Assembly (NCBI GenBank): GCA_036918135.1
Contig: JBALDB010000022.1
Location: forward strand, 1-30,477
Direction: 5' to 3'
From: Nostoc sp.
GTDB lineage: Bacteria; Cyanobacteriota; Cyanobacteriia; Cyanobacteriales; Nostocaceae
Length of the DNA stretch: 30,477 nt
In this document: positions 9,619-18,572 of the stretch, piece after piece
Layout of the letters: every line of letters begins with the position of its first letter
Position numbering within the stretch: the stretch's first letter is position 1
Notes under the pieces: model-generated
The model's database searches: none
What the model was told of the DNA's origin: nothing
The model's input: only the letters and a program-made list of their open reading frames with translations
Translations under genes and position numbers: made by a program

Positions 9619-9850
9619 GAGACTGGGGATTAGGTATTGGGCATTGGGCAAAACAGGAAGTGTGGGAGGGGTGGGAGGATGGGGAACAAATGCAGGTGTG
9701 GGAGGTTTTGGAGGTTTTGGAGGTGTGGGAGGATGGGGAACAAATCTTGCCCCCCTCTCTCCCCACACTCCCCCATCTCCTCATCTCCCCACACTTCCCA
9801 CACTCCCCCATCTCCCCAGCCCCAGTCCCCAGTCCTCAGTTCCTAGCCCC
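9619..9850. repeat. G-rich/C-rich quasi-palindromic repeat element, copy B
   Basis: Fills essentially the whole spacer: heptamer arms outside, ggaggtgtg/ggaggatgg 9-mers and their complements inside. Confidence 0.85.
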
Positions 9851-10198
9851 TCAATTTTGAAGCACTGGTTCAGGAGAATTTACTGTATCTTGTGATGAAG
9901 AACTTTCGCCTTCCAAGCCATTTATTCGCCGATAAAAATCTTGGAGATAATTTAAATCCTGGGCAAAAAATTTTTCTACTATTGCAGGACTAATATCAGA
10001 TAAAGCACCCAAGTGGGTAATCACACGTGACAAGATAATAATTGTGGCATAAACCGGATTAGCTTTCACTCTTGGGTCGCGCAAGGGTGCAATCTCATCT
10101 ATCGCCGTTGATAATCGCATCACACCTTTGCGATGGAGGTTGCCTTCAGAGTCTAGATATCCTTTAGGCAGCGTAAATTCAAACTCTGTGGGAAACAT
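9851..10198 (-). CDS. eCIS tail assembly chaperone-like paralog without CxxC
   Basis: TEFEFTLPKG...HRKGVMRLSTAIDEI...SRVITHLG...YLQDFYRRIN aligns with 9234-9617; AGGAG RBS. Confidence 0.8.
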   Translation of the reverse strand: MFPTEFEFTLPKGYLDSEGNLHRKGVMRLSTAIDEIAPLRDPRVKANPVYATIIILSRVITHLGALSDISPAIVEKFFAQDLNYLQDFYRRINGLEGESSSSQDTVNSPEPVLQN

Positions 10199-10209
10199 AT
10201 TTCTCCTAA

Positions 10210-10683
10210 TTATTGTGTGCGTTGAAATTCCTCAAAAGCAATCTCCAACTCTTCAATTTCTATTTCATGACTGTTAGCGTTGAGGTCGGCAATTTTGTAA
10301 CTTGTAGGCCAAGCGCCAGTTAATTCAAATCTAGCTTCTTTTTTTGATGCCTGATCGTAAATAGATAAAGAAATAAATTCACGTTTTTGGGCCCACTTCC
10401 CGTCTTCAACATCTTCAAACCACTTCCACAAATCTTTCGAGGCACTTAAACCTTTACGTAGAGTAATATTACCACTTTTAGAATTGCTAGGAAGTTTTGT
10501 TCTCACCGCTTTACCTTTTGAAGCAGTTCCCCATTTTTGAGAAGTAACTTCACAAATTTCAATTACTTCCTGGGTTCTTTTAAAGCCTTGGCATTCTAAA
10601 AAGTAGCCATCGCTATCATTTTGACCTATGTCTAATCTTAAAAAGAAACGATAATTTGCCAGAATTTCAGGTATAGCAGCCAT
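10210..10683 (-). CDS. Phage tail tube protein (T4 gp19-like; Afp1/Afp5 family)
   Basis: GNITLRKG...LWKWF...ISLSIYD...AWPTSY...LNA...IEIEELEIAFE pattern. Confidence 0.88.
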   Translation of the reverse strand: MAAIPEILANYRFFLRLDIGQNDSDGYFLECQGFKRTQEVIEICEVTSQKWGTASKGKAVRTKLPSNSKSGNITLRKGLSASKDLWKWFEDVEDGKWAQKREFISLSIYDQASKKEARFELTGAWPTSYKIADLNANSHEIEIEELEIAFEEFQRTQ

Positions 10684-10700
10684 TGTTTTTTACGCTAGAA

Positions 10701-10873
10701 GGGACTGGAGACTAGGGACTGGGACGATGGGGAAGAAATGCAGGTGTGGGAGGTTTTGGAGGTGTGGGAGGATGGGGAAGAAACCACCTCTCTCCCCACA
10801 CTCCCCCATCTCCTCATCTCCCCATACTCCCCCATCTCCTCAGCCCCAGCCCTAGTCCCCAATACCCAATCCC
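10701..10873. repeat. G-rich/C-rich quasi-palindromic repeat element, copy C
   Basis: Shares aaatgcaggtgtgggaggttttggagg and ctctctccccacactcccccatctcctcatctcccca with copy B. Confidence 0.85.
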
Positions 10874-10899
10874 TTTTACAAAAACTGAAAAATTAAGTT

Positions 10900-11376
10900 C
10901 TATGCTTTGACTTCTTTTTGTTGTGCGATTATTTCATAACCTTCAATAGATACTTCAATTTTTTCTGTTGCCGGGTCATTTTTTGTGACATCAAATTCTG
11001 GTCCTGTATATGATTCGGGAAAACAAGCTTTCAGGTTATAACGAATAACTTCAGTTTTCTTATCTTGGGTATAACCAACAACTGAAATTGCTTTCCGGTT
11101 TTCATCCCATTGACGAGGTTTTCCATCTTCGCTACAGGCTAAAAACCATTTGTGCAGGCTCTCATCACCATTGTAATTCATGGTGATTGTGACATTATTA
11201 AACTCTGCCTGTCCGGGAAGATTTTGCCGTAATGTCTTACCATTTTTACTTGAGCCTCTAACACCTTTGGTAGCATTATTTTTTGCCCCTAATCCTGTTA
11301 CTGATTGAACGAATTTTTCAGTGATCCCGTCTGCTTCAAAATAGAATACAGAAGCAACTACATATTCCCCAGGCAT
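10900..11376 (-). CDS. Divergent phage tail tube protein (probable major tube subunit)
   Basis: Directly after the sheath gene; 158 aa; LPG..EFNNVTI...LHKWF...RKAISV...ACFPESYTGP pattern; AGGAG RBS. Confidence 0.78.
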   Translation of the reverse strand: MPGEYVVASVFYFEADGITEKFVQSVTGLGAKNNATKGVRGSSKNGKTLRQNLPGQAEFNNVTITMNYNGDESLHKWFLACSEDGKPRQWDENRKAISVVGYTQDKKTEVIRYNLKACFPESYTGPEFDVTKNDPATEKIEVSIEGYEIIAQQKEVKA

Positions 11377-11410
11377 ATTTCATCTCCTAAATAAGTTAAA
11401 AATTGTTATT

Positions 11411-11455
11411 AGTAGAGACGCAATTAATCGCGTCTCTACAATATCGCGTCTGTAC
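11411..11455. repeat. Short palindromic repeat (GTAGAGACGC...GCGTCTCTAC) with a partial second arm
   Basis: Hairpin between the sheath and tube genes; the same arm occurs at about 21161. Confidence 0.7.
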
Positions 11456-11483
11456 AATTGTCATTAATTCAATGAGCAATGGT

Positions 11484-13145
11484 TTATTGCGCCTCGTCAA
11501 GTGCATTCCATTGACTGATGCGGAAGATGACAAACTCCGCTGGTCGGACGGGACAAACGCCTATTTCAACATACAAACGACCCAAAATTATGGTTTCTGG
11601 TGGATTGAGTTCGGCATCGCATTTCACATAAAATGCTTGTTCTGGCGAATCGCCAAATAAAGCACCTTCACGCCAAATTCGCTCTAAAAAGTTACTGACG
11701 GTACGTCGGACACGTGCCCATAAATCTTGGTCGTTGGGTTCAAAAACTACCCATTGAGTGCCTAGTTCAATTGATTTTTCTAGGTAACTAATCAACCGCC
11801 GGACGCTGATATAACGCCACTCTGTTTTATCTGGCTCAACTAAAGTCCGCGCACCCCAGATGCGGATACCTCGATTTGGGAAGTTGCGAATGCAGTTGAT
11901 ACCAAGGGGGTTCAATAGTTCCTGTTCGCGGAAGTTGGTGTCGTAACCCAAACCAATTACGCCTCTGGGTACTTCATTTGCAGGTGCTTTGTAAACTCCT
12001 CTAGTTTCGTCGGTACGTGCCCAAACACCCATTACATGACCGCAAGGAGGTACTAAAATCGGATTGCCGCGATCGCGTGGATTGGGAACTTTCACCCAAG
12101 GATAATAAAGAGCGCCAAACATCGAACGACGGTTAAATCTATTCAACCAATCCACTACTTGTTGAGGTTTAACAGCGTCCGGTGGTGCATCAAGTACAAC
12201 CATGCGGTTGGGTGGATTAGGAATATCGCCACTGGCAGAACCCTCGCACATGCTAATCATCAGTTCCATGATGCCGTGGACTTGATCCAAATTCAGCACT
12301 TGCTCTTGATAAGCCCGCATCAAGTCAGGGCAGGCCAGCATTGTGATTTCATCGATTTCAAAAATACCGCGTACCCCTGTGCGATCGTCGCGTATCCCTT
12401 CTAAATCTCGCGAAAATCTATCCGGTGGAGTAGCTACAATTGGCGGTGCTAGTTCGTACTGACCATTAACTGGACGGCGAGTTAAAGGTTGTCCGCTTTG
12501 AGTAATGTCTTCTAGGGTGACATACATAGAATTTCTCAAAGCCCCCAGCGCATAAGTTGCTACCTGAGCAGCAGCCTCACGGTTCATGGTCAAGTTTTGG
12601 TATTCCTCTAGCAGTTCATCTCCTCGACGAATCTGAACGGTGAAATATTCTCCCGTATTTGGAGGGGGTTCTCCTTCAGTACCTTCAGGTAAAGCACGAG
12701 GAGAACCATCGATAATTATAATATTTACTAATCCACCTGCTGCTTGTTCGGGGCGCAAAGTAAAGCGCAAGGCCGGACGATTGCCACGAGAGTTGATTCT
12801 CAGAGTCGCAGGTTCTGGAGTTGCAGGTTTGGGTGCACCTGGTAATTGAGTACCAATGCTTGTTACCCAACAGCGACCGCCACCATTCATAAAGTAGCCA
12901 TACACTGCAAAAGGTAAGTAAGCGTTGAAATCGGTGAAACCATCAGAATTAGGACGAGCAAAATAGTTGAGATATTGCGTCCAATTAGTCACCAACATCG
13001 GCTTAAATAGCTCAGCGTCATCCCGAACATCTTCTGTAAAACCGACAAATCCGGCAACTGCTGTACTAACACCCTCAATCGGTCGGCTCCCTCGGTCAAA
13101 TTCTTCAATGTAGACACCAGGAGCAAAGTAATCAAGTCTAGCCAT
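11484..13145 (-). CDS. Contractile tail sheath protein (eCIS)
   Basis: APGVYIEE, ALYYPWV, PPCGHVMGVWARTD..RGVYKAPAN, LNPLGINCIR, WGARTL, WRYISVRR, WVVFEPND, PAEFVIFRISQ. Confidence 0.96.
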   Translation of the reverse strand: MARLDYFAPGVYIEEFDRGSRPIEGVSTAVAGFVGFTEDVRDDAELFKPMLVTNWTQYLNYFARPNSDGFTDFNAYLPFAVYGYFMNGGGRCWVTSIGTQLPGAPKPATPEPATLRINSRGNRPALRFTLRPEQAAGGLVNIIIIDGSPRALPEGTEGEPPPNTGEYFTVQIRRGDELLEEYQNLTMNREAAAQVATYALGALRNSMYVTLEDITQSGQPLTRRPVNGQYELAPPIVATPPDRFSRDLEGIRDDRTGVRGIFEIDEITMLACPDLMRAYQEQVLNLDQVHGIMELMISMCEGSASGDIPNPPNRMVVLDAPPDAVKPQQVVDWLNRFNRRSMFGALYYPWVKVPNPRDRGNPILVPPCGHVMGVWARTDETRGVYKAPANEVPRGVIGLGYDTNFREQELLNPLGINCIRNFPNRGIRIWGARTLVEPDKTEWRYISVRRLISYLEKSIELGTQWVVFEPNDQDLWARVRRTVSNFLERIWREGALFGDSPEQAFYVKCDAELNPPETIILGRLYVEIGVCPVRPAEFVIFRISQWNALDEAQ

Positions 13146-13175
13146 GAAAGTCTCTCCAAGTCAGAAAAAAATTAA

Positions 13176-14021
13176 TTATTCAGGAGTTAGAAATATTTCT
13201 TTGAAAGTATGACTTTGGTCATCTACCAATGCATTGATATTCTGGGGTAAATAGCCAGGACAATCTATATTTAAAACATAGTTACCCATCTCAAGGTTTT
13301 CAAAAAAGAACAGCCCTTCTTTATTGCTTTCCATGAATTTTTTACTTCGCAGCAGAGTAACTTTTGTTCCCATTAGTGGCAGATTTGTCGTTGCACTTTT
13401 GACAACACCTGCAATTACTACGCGCTTACTCAAAGTTTGGGTGCTACCATTACTATTCCCACGCATTTGATTTCGTAAATCAAAAATTCGTTCCCAAACT
13501 AAAGGTACTGTAGTAGCCTGGGTATCAAGAGGCACGGTAATTGTCAAATATAACGCTGAGCGTAAAGGTACATTCAGAGCGCTCCATAAGCCGCCAGGCT
13601 CAACTGAGGGTTGTAGTCCAACCATCATTGGTAAACTACCATAGCCCCGTAATTCCGGAACTAAAAACTCCTCCTCTAAAGCTCGATGGCGCATAAGTAG
13701 CGTCAATGCTTCACTGAGGAAGTGATGCTCGCCTAAAGTTGTCCGATCCCAAGCTGTTAATACTAGCGAAACATCAAACCAAATAGGCGCCCAATTGACA
13801 ATACCGGCTTGTAGATGGCGTGTAATATTACGTTCAACTTGCCTTCCGGCCTGTTGGAACTGCTTGCTCTCACGAATGTCATAAATATATAAATTGAGAG
13901 TCGGCCCGGCTCCTTCTTCCCTGCGATTACTGGGATGGCTGAAGTCAATCTGCTCTGTACTGGTGAGTGAAGTTCCTCCAGCTAGAATTTCAGCTAAAGT
14001 TTGAAGAACGAAGATAAGCAT
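13176..14021 (-). CDS. eCIS cap / tail terminator (Afp16/Pvc16, DUF4255) with C-terminal carboxypeptidase-regulatory-like beta domain
   Basis: TLNLYIYDIRE, LTAW, LWSALNVPLRSALYLTITVP; C-terminal GVVKS..GLFFFENL..GNY....PGY; first gene before the sheath. Confidence 0.82.
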   Translation of the reverse strand: MLIFVLQTLAEILAGGTSLTSTEQIDFSHPSNRREEGAGPTLNLYIYDIRESKQFQQAGRQVERNITRHLQAGIVNWAPIWFDVSLVLTAWDRTTLGEHHFLSEALTLLMRHRALEEEFLVPELRGYGSLPMMVGLQPSVEPGGLWSALNVPLRSALYLTITVPLDTQATTVPLVWERIFDLRNQMRGNSNGSTQTLSKRVVIAGVVKSATTNLPLMGTKVTLLRSKKFMESNKEGLFFFENLEMGNYVLNIDCPGYLPQNINALVDDQSHTFKEIFLTPE

Positions 14022-14577
14022 GAAGGTATTGTGCTGGTAGCTAAATCCAGATGCATCTAGGGTATCTGTATCACCCTGCTAAAGTAATTAGACTTTTGTC
14101 GATATTTTTAGATGGGGATTGGATACCATTTCAAGTTAAACAGCGATCGCTTCGGTGCAAACGATGTCTGCGACGGGTTACGCCTACCTATTTACCCAAA
14201 ATTCTTTAAGTAAAGCGATCGCTCTGACTGGACTTTCCAACCACTACCAGATTAGAAAATCTCTAATTTAGCAAAAACATTTCTTAAAAAATCCGAAAAA
14301 TAGCAACTCTAGTGTGTAGATTAGTCTGAAGGAGTTTTTCTCTCAATTCCGCAAGAAGACTGAGCGCTTATCCCACAATTTTTATCAAATTGTTACAACT
14401 TAAAAGTGCTGTATACTTACAAAAGCGAGATCCATTTGTGAATAATAACTTAATATTTGTTTGTAAAAGTTATTTTCAAAGATAACTTAAGAAAAAAATA
14501 AACATTAGTGAAACTGCATAAATTTATACTAAATAAGAGAACAGTAAAAAAATTTACTACAAAAAGCGAGTGAAGCT
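14022..14577. promoter_or_regulatory. Divergent promoter region between the eCIS and signalling operons
   Basis: 556-bp largely AT-rich spacer between head-to-head genes; exact promoters not resolved. Confidence 0.6.
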
Positions 14578-15696
14578 ATGACACTAAGCTTTTCTCTACA
14601 CAAACAACAAAATGGCTCTAACAATTTAAATTCCTCAGATATCCAAAGTTTTTGTCAACTTGAGTCTGAGCAATTAACTAGTCAAGAGTCAATTTTTTTC
14701 GTTCGGATTGTCTATTTTGATTGCTTGCTGAAAACTCATCAGGAGGTTATCAATTATCGGCAAGACCAATCTCCTTTTTTAGGAAAAACTTTAGCTTATT
14801 TCCGCTCAGAAGTATGGCTGACGGATTTTCCGCCTGTTTTTAGTTTAAAAAAATTTCAATTAAAAGATTTTTCGTCCATTTGTTATGTTTGCCCAATAGG
14901 GTATAGGAATCAAAAAGCTGAATACATTCAAATCATTACTGATGAACCTCTCTCAGAGAGTTTGCAATTATATATACAACGCTCTGCCATGCTCTTAGGT
15001 AAGTATGTAGATATTTACTTAGACTATGGAAGACAAAAAACTGAAATTCAACTGTTGGAAGATATTTTGCATCGAGTCGGTCACCAATTACGTAATTCTT
15101 TAGGACTGATTGGGCTGTATGCACATAATTTATGTTTAGGGTTAAAGGAGAATCCTTGGCAAGAACAAGCAACAATCATTAGCGAAAGCATCCAAGATTT
15201 GGATACTAATTTAAGCGAACTTCTTGATTGCGGTCAAAGTGTAAAATTAAGGGTTGGCCTTCAAGATTTAAGAAGTTTAGTAGTTGAAAGTGTTAAACAT
15301 TTACAACCTTTAATTAATGATAAAAAGCTGAAAATTACGATTCCTAATACATCTACTATCTTGAAAATAGACCGACTACAAATGAAGCAAGTATTTGATA
15401 ATCTCCTGAGTAATGCTGTTCATTTTAGTCCTGATTCAGCAACCATTACCTGTAACTGGCAGATTTTTCAAGATGAAGTTTTAATTAAAATTTCTGACCA
15501 AGGGCCAGGAATATCTCCAGAAGATATGCAAAAAATATTTACCCCTTTTTATTCTCGTCGTCAAGGAGGTACAGGGCTGGGTTTAACCATTGCTAAAAAA
15601 ATTATTTTAGATCATCAAGGAAGTATTTGGGCACAAGTTTTATCAGAAGGGGGGGCACAATTTTCACTAATTTTGCCGAGACCAAGGAGTCGATAG
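14578..15696 (+). CDS. Soluble sensor histidine kinase (HisKA + HATPase) with atypical H-box
   Basis: GHQLRNSL H-box; N box DNLLSNA, G1 DQGPGI, F box IFTPFY, G2 GGTGLGL; no TM segment. Confidence 0.9.
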   Translation: MTLSFSLHKQQNGSNNLNSSDIQSFCQLESEQLTSQESIFFVRIVYFDCLLKTHQEVINYRQDQSPFLGKTLAYFRSEVWLTDFPPVFSLKKFQLKDFSSICYVCPIGYRNQKAEYIQIITDEPLSESLQLYIQRSAMLLGKYVDIYLDYGRQKTEIQLLEDILHRVGHQLRNSLGLIGLYAHNLCLGLKENPWQEQATIISESIQDLDTNLSELLDCGQSVKLRVGLQDLRSLVVESVKHLQPLINDKKLKITIPNTSTILKIDRLQMKQVFDNLLSNAVHFSPDSATITCNWQIFQDEVLIKISDQGPGISPEDMQKIFTPFYSRRQGGTGLGLTIAKKIILDHQGSIWAQVLSEGGAQFSLILPRPRSR

Positions 15697-15715
15697 ATAA
15701 TTCGTAATTAAAAAG

Positions 15716-16393
15716 ATGGTTAGCAATCAAAAACTTTCAGTTTTACTTGTCGATGATGAAGAACGCTTTCGCCAGGGTATACGTACTCTGCTTAATTTCT
15801 ATAATATCAATTCTGCATTACCTGTAGAAGTTGTGGGTGATGCAGATTGTGTAGAACAAGTTTTAAAATTCACTAATCAGAAAAGTCTAGATTTAATCTT
15901 GTTAGATATGCAATTAACAGGATGTGATGGAATTACAGTTCTGGCACGTCTGAAAGAAACTGGGTTTTCTGGTAAGGTTTTAGTATTATCTGCTCATCAA
16001 GAAGATGACTGGATTTTTCGAGCAATGCAGGCGGGAGCCGCAGGTTATGTATTTAAAAATCGTTTGGCAACTCAATTGTGTGAAGCTATTAATACTGTGA
16101 CTAGATCTGAAATTTATTTACCTTCAGAAGTTGCAAGTCGATTTTTTCGGTTTTTTCAAGCTTATTCAGATTCTTCTATTAGAGCATGTCAGCAAGTGCA
16201 TTTAACAGAAAGAGAGCAAGAAGTTTTACACTGGTTAACTCAAGGTGCTTCTAATGAGGAAATCGCTAAGCATTTATATGTGACGGTTGCTACTATTAAG
16301 GCGCACCTCACCAGTATTTTTGAAAAATTGAAGGTTACTAGCCGCACTCAAGCTATTGTGGCCGCACTCAAGTTAGGATTAGTTAAAGCTTGA
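15716..16393 (+). CDS. NarL/LuxR-family response regulator
   Basis: LVDDE, LLDMQL phospho-Asp, conserved Ser and Lys; LTEREQEVL..GASNEEIA..TIKAHL HTH. Confidence 0.94.
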   Translation: MVSNQKLSVLLVDDEERFRQGIRTLLNFYNINSALPVEVVGDADCVEQVLKFTNQKSLDLILLDMQLTGCDGITVLARLKETGFSGKVLVLSAHQEDDWIFRAMQAGAAGYVFKNRLATQLCEAINTVTRSEIYLPSEVASRFFRFFQAYSDSSIRACQQVHLTEREQEVLHWLTQGASNEEIAKHLYVTVATIKAHLTSIFEKLKVTSRTQAIVAALKLGLVKA

Positions 16394-16433
16394 GCGCAAC
16401 GCAAGTAATCGGCGCAATTCACGAAATTTCTCT

Positions 16434-18572
16434 ATGGCTTCATTTGAATCTTTTTATCAACAATATCCCTGCTCGTACAATTCTCCCTTAAATTGCGATC
16501 GCCCTTTTCAAACGGCGCAGCAAATCAAGGGTGCTAAGTTTTGCTTGGAATGTGGTTTCCCAGCAACTTTACCGCAGGAGGCTGAGATTAAAGGAAGTCA
16601 AGGTACTTATCAAGTAGGTAGTTTTTCTGGTGTGCGGGGTTTGGGCCGTTTATACTCAGGTATCCAACTCAAAGACAAACAGCCTGTAATCATCAAAGAA
16701 TACCTCCTACCCAACCGTTGTTTTAATGAAAACGAAACGATAAAACGCAAAGAAAGTTTTAAAAGAGTCGGTGGTGTAAGTTTAGCCGATAGTCGAATTC
16801 AAAACTTTCGGCTTGTGGAAACAAAAGAAGCGATCGCTGACGATAAAGGAGAACGCTGCTATCTCATCGCTAAAGGAATAGACTCATCTCAAACTTTAGC
16901 TCAATATATCACCGAAAAGGGAGCAATGACACCTGTCCAAGTGCGGGAAGTACTCAATCAAGGACTACAAACTCTCCAGTTTCTTCACACCCAAAAACTG
17001 CGTTTTCCCTCTAATCAAATACAATTAGGTTTAACTCACGGCAACATCAATTTAGATAGTACTTTAATTCAACTCGAAAATCAGCAAAAGTTTTCTATAT
17101 ATTTTTGCGATTTAGCCATCTGGGAAAACTTATTTATTCCACCTGTTATTCCTCAACCAAGCCCCGCCAGACCGGAACAAGATTTACAATCTTTAGGAAT
17201 GGTAGCCTTTTATTTATGGGTAGGACGAACAACTAATTTATCTACTAAGCAACCTTTAGATCCTAGAGACAATCAACAATGGCCAGATACAGATAACCAT
17301 TTAAAACAATTTATTTATCGTTTGATGGGATTGGAAACTCCCTTTCCAAGTGCAGAAGCGGCTCGTCAAACACTGTTGCAACTTCCCAAAGAAGATAGTA
17401 CCAGTACTTCAGTGCGTGATGCTTCTCAAGTAATCAAAAAGCGTCTGCCAATACCTTTAATTTTATTATTAGGAATCCTAGCTTTACTACTACTTAGCGG
17501 GGGAATTTGGTATTTCATTTTACGTCACTTAAAAGATACAGATAATAATAACTTTATCGAATGGTCTAAACTGGTGCGGAATTTCTCAGAAGTTCCCAAC
17601 GTTCCTTCAGGACAATTTACTTATACAGGAGAAAAAGATAGTACATGGAGTTTTATTTTAACGCAACCAGTAGATAACAGTCGTTTAGCAGATTTATTGG
17701 CTCAACCCAAGCCAGATGCAACAGCAACATATAACTATGAATCTGTTTTATCAGCGGATGTAAATAATCCAAATAAAAGTATCCAAGAAGTAGAAACAAA
17801 TAAAAAAGACTTTGCAATTACTAGTTTGGAAAATAATATTACAAGTAAACTAGCAAAAGAACGAGTTGCCTATGATGGATTAATTGTTTTTGTCGCATTT
17901 AATAAGAGAGACTCAAATCTAGCTAATGCTCTGGGAGGGAAAATCAGTCTTGAGCAATTGCGTCAAATTTACACAGGTAAAATTACTAATTGGCAACAAA
18001 TTAATTCTCAACTGCCAAATCCTCTAGAAATCAAACCTTTTGCTCCTACCGAACCGGAAGCGATCGCTAAATTTCAAGAAATAGTTTTGAAAAATAACCC
18101 TCAAGACAAAGCTTTATTTGCAGCGAAAGTAACTAAACTGGATACCACAAAAACCCAAAACCAGATACGCAGCGAGATTTTAGAGGGACGAACCACTGGG
18201 ATTATCGGTTTTGGCATTATCAGTAAAACATCAAAACAGTGTACTGGTTATCCCCTAGCGATTGTGGATGGTAACAAGCCAGCTAATCAACCTTTGTTTC
18301 AAAGACGCGATCGCCGCTCAATTAATCCCTCAGATGATTTGTGTCAACATGATGATTATTATGTTGATGTCACAACTTTCCAAAGCTACCCCTTGGGATA
18401 CCCTGTTTTTGTAGTGTACCCTCAAGACAGTAACCGCCTGACTGGTGGTTCTACATTTGCCCAGATGCTAACTACTCGTCAGGGTCAGTGTTTACTTAGT
18501 AAAGTAGGTCTTGTCGCTTTACAACCTATGCCTGATGATATAAATTCCTATGCCTGCAAATCGGTGCCCTAA
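16434..18572 (+). CDS. Zn-ribbon + Ser/Thr pseudokinase + TM + PstS-like substrate-binding domain
   Basis: Cys residues including CLECG; IIKE; HGN in place of HRD; DLA in place of DFG; TM LILLLGILALLLLSGGIWYFIL; VAYDGLIVFV and LEQLRQIYTGKITNW PBP motifs. Confidence 0.82.
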   Translation: MASFESFYQQYPCSYNSPLNCDRPFQTAQQIKGAKFCLECGFPATLPQEAEIKGSQGTYQVGSFSGVRGLGRLYSGIQLKDKQPVIIKEYLLPNRCFNENETIKRKESFKRVGGVSLADSRIQNFRLVETKEAIADDKGERCYLIAKGIDSSQTLAQYITEKGAMTPVQVREVLNQGLQTLQFLHTQKLRFPSNQIQLGLTHGNINLDSTLIQLENQQKFSIYFCDLAIWENLFIPPVIPQPSPARPEQDLQSLGMVAFYLWVGRTTNLSTKQPLDPRDNQQWPDTDNHLKQFIYRLMGLETPFPSAEAARQTLLQLPKEDSTSTSVRDASQVIKKRLPIPLILLLGILALLLLSGGIWYFILRHLKDTDNNNFIEWSKLVRNFSEVPNVPSGQFTYTGEKDSTWSFILTQPVDNSRLADLLAQPKPDATATYNYESVLSADVNNPNKSIQEVETNKKDFAITSLENNITSKLAKERVAYDGLIVFVAFNKRDSNLANALGGKISLEQLRQIYTGKITNWQQINSQLPNPLEIKPFAPTEPEAIAKFQEIVLKNNPQDKALFAAKVTKLDTTKTQNQIRSEILEGRTTGIIGFGIISKTSKQCTGYPLAIVDGNKPANQPLFQRRDRRSINPSDDLCQHDDYYVDVTTFQSYPLGYPVFVVYPQDSNRLTGGSTFAQMLTTRQGQCLLSKVGLVALQPMPDDINSYACKSVP

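Noticed and set aside
9528..9895. Several overlapping ORFs (9528-9860, 9557-9811, 9637-9846, 9644-9895) and similar ones at 6709-7125
   Set aside because: They are translations of stop-poor G/C repeat elements, not credible genes.
9619..10873. Possible CRISPR array
   Set aside because: The repeats are degenerate 7- and 9-mers without unique spacers, and no cas genes are present.
9088..14021. Prophage remnant or T6SS
   Set aside because: No capsid, terminase, portal or integrase genes and no TssB/C split sheath or membrane complex; the single sheath, Afp16-like cap and DUF4157 effector indicate eCIS.
14544..14557. NtcA-like box GTA-N8-TAC upstream of the histidine kinase
   Set aside because: Only six fixed bases in very AT-rich DNA, lacks the TGTA/TACA flanks and sits 20 bp from the ATG, so it may well be chance.
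17560..18572. pstS phosphate transporter subunit
   Set aside because: It is fused to a pseudokinase, no pstCAB genes are nearby and the phosphate-binding motifs are not evident.
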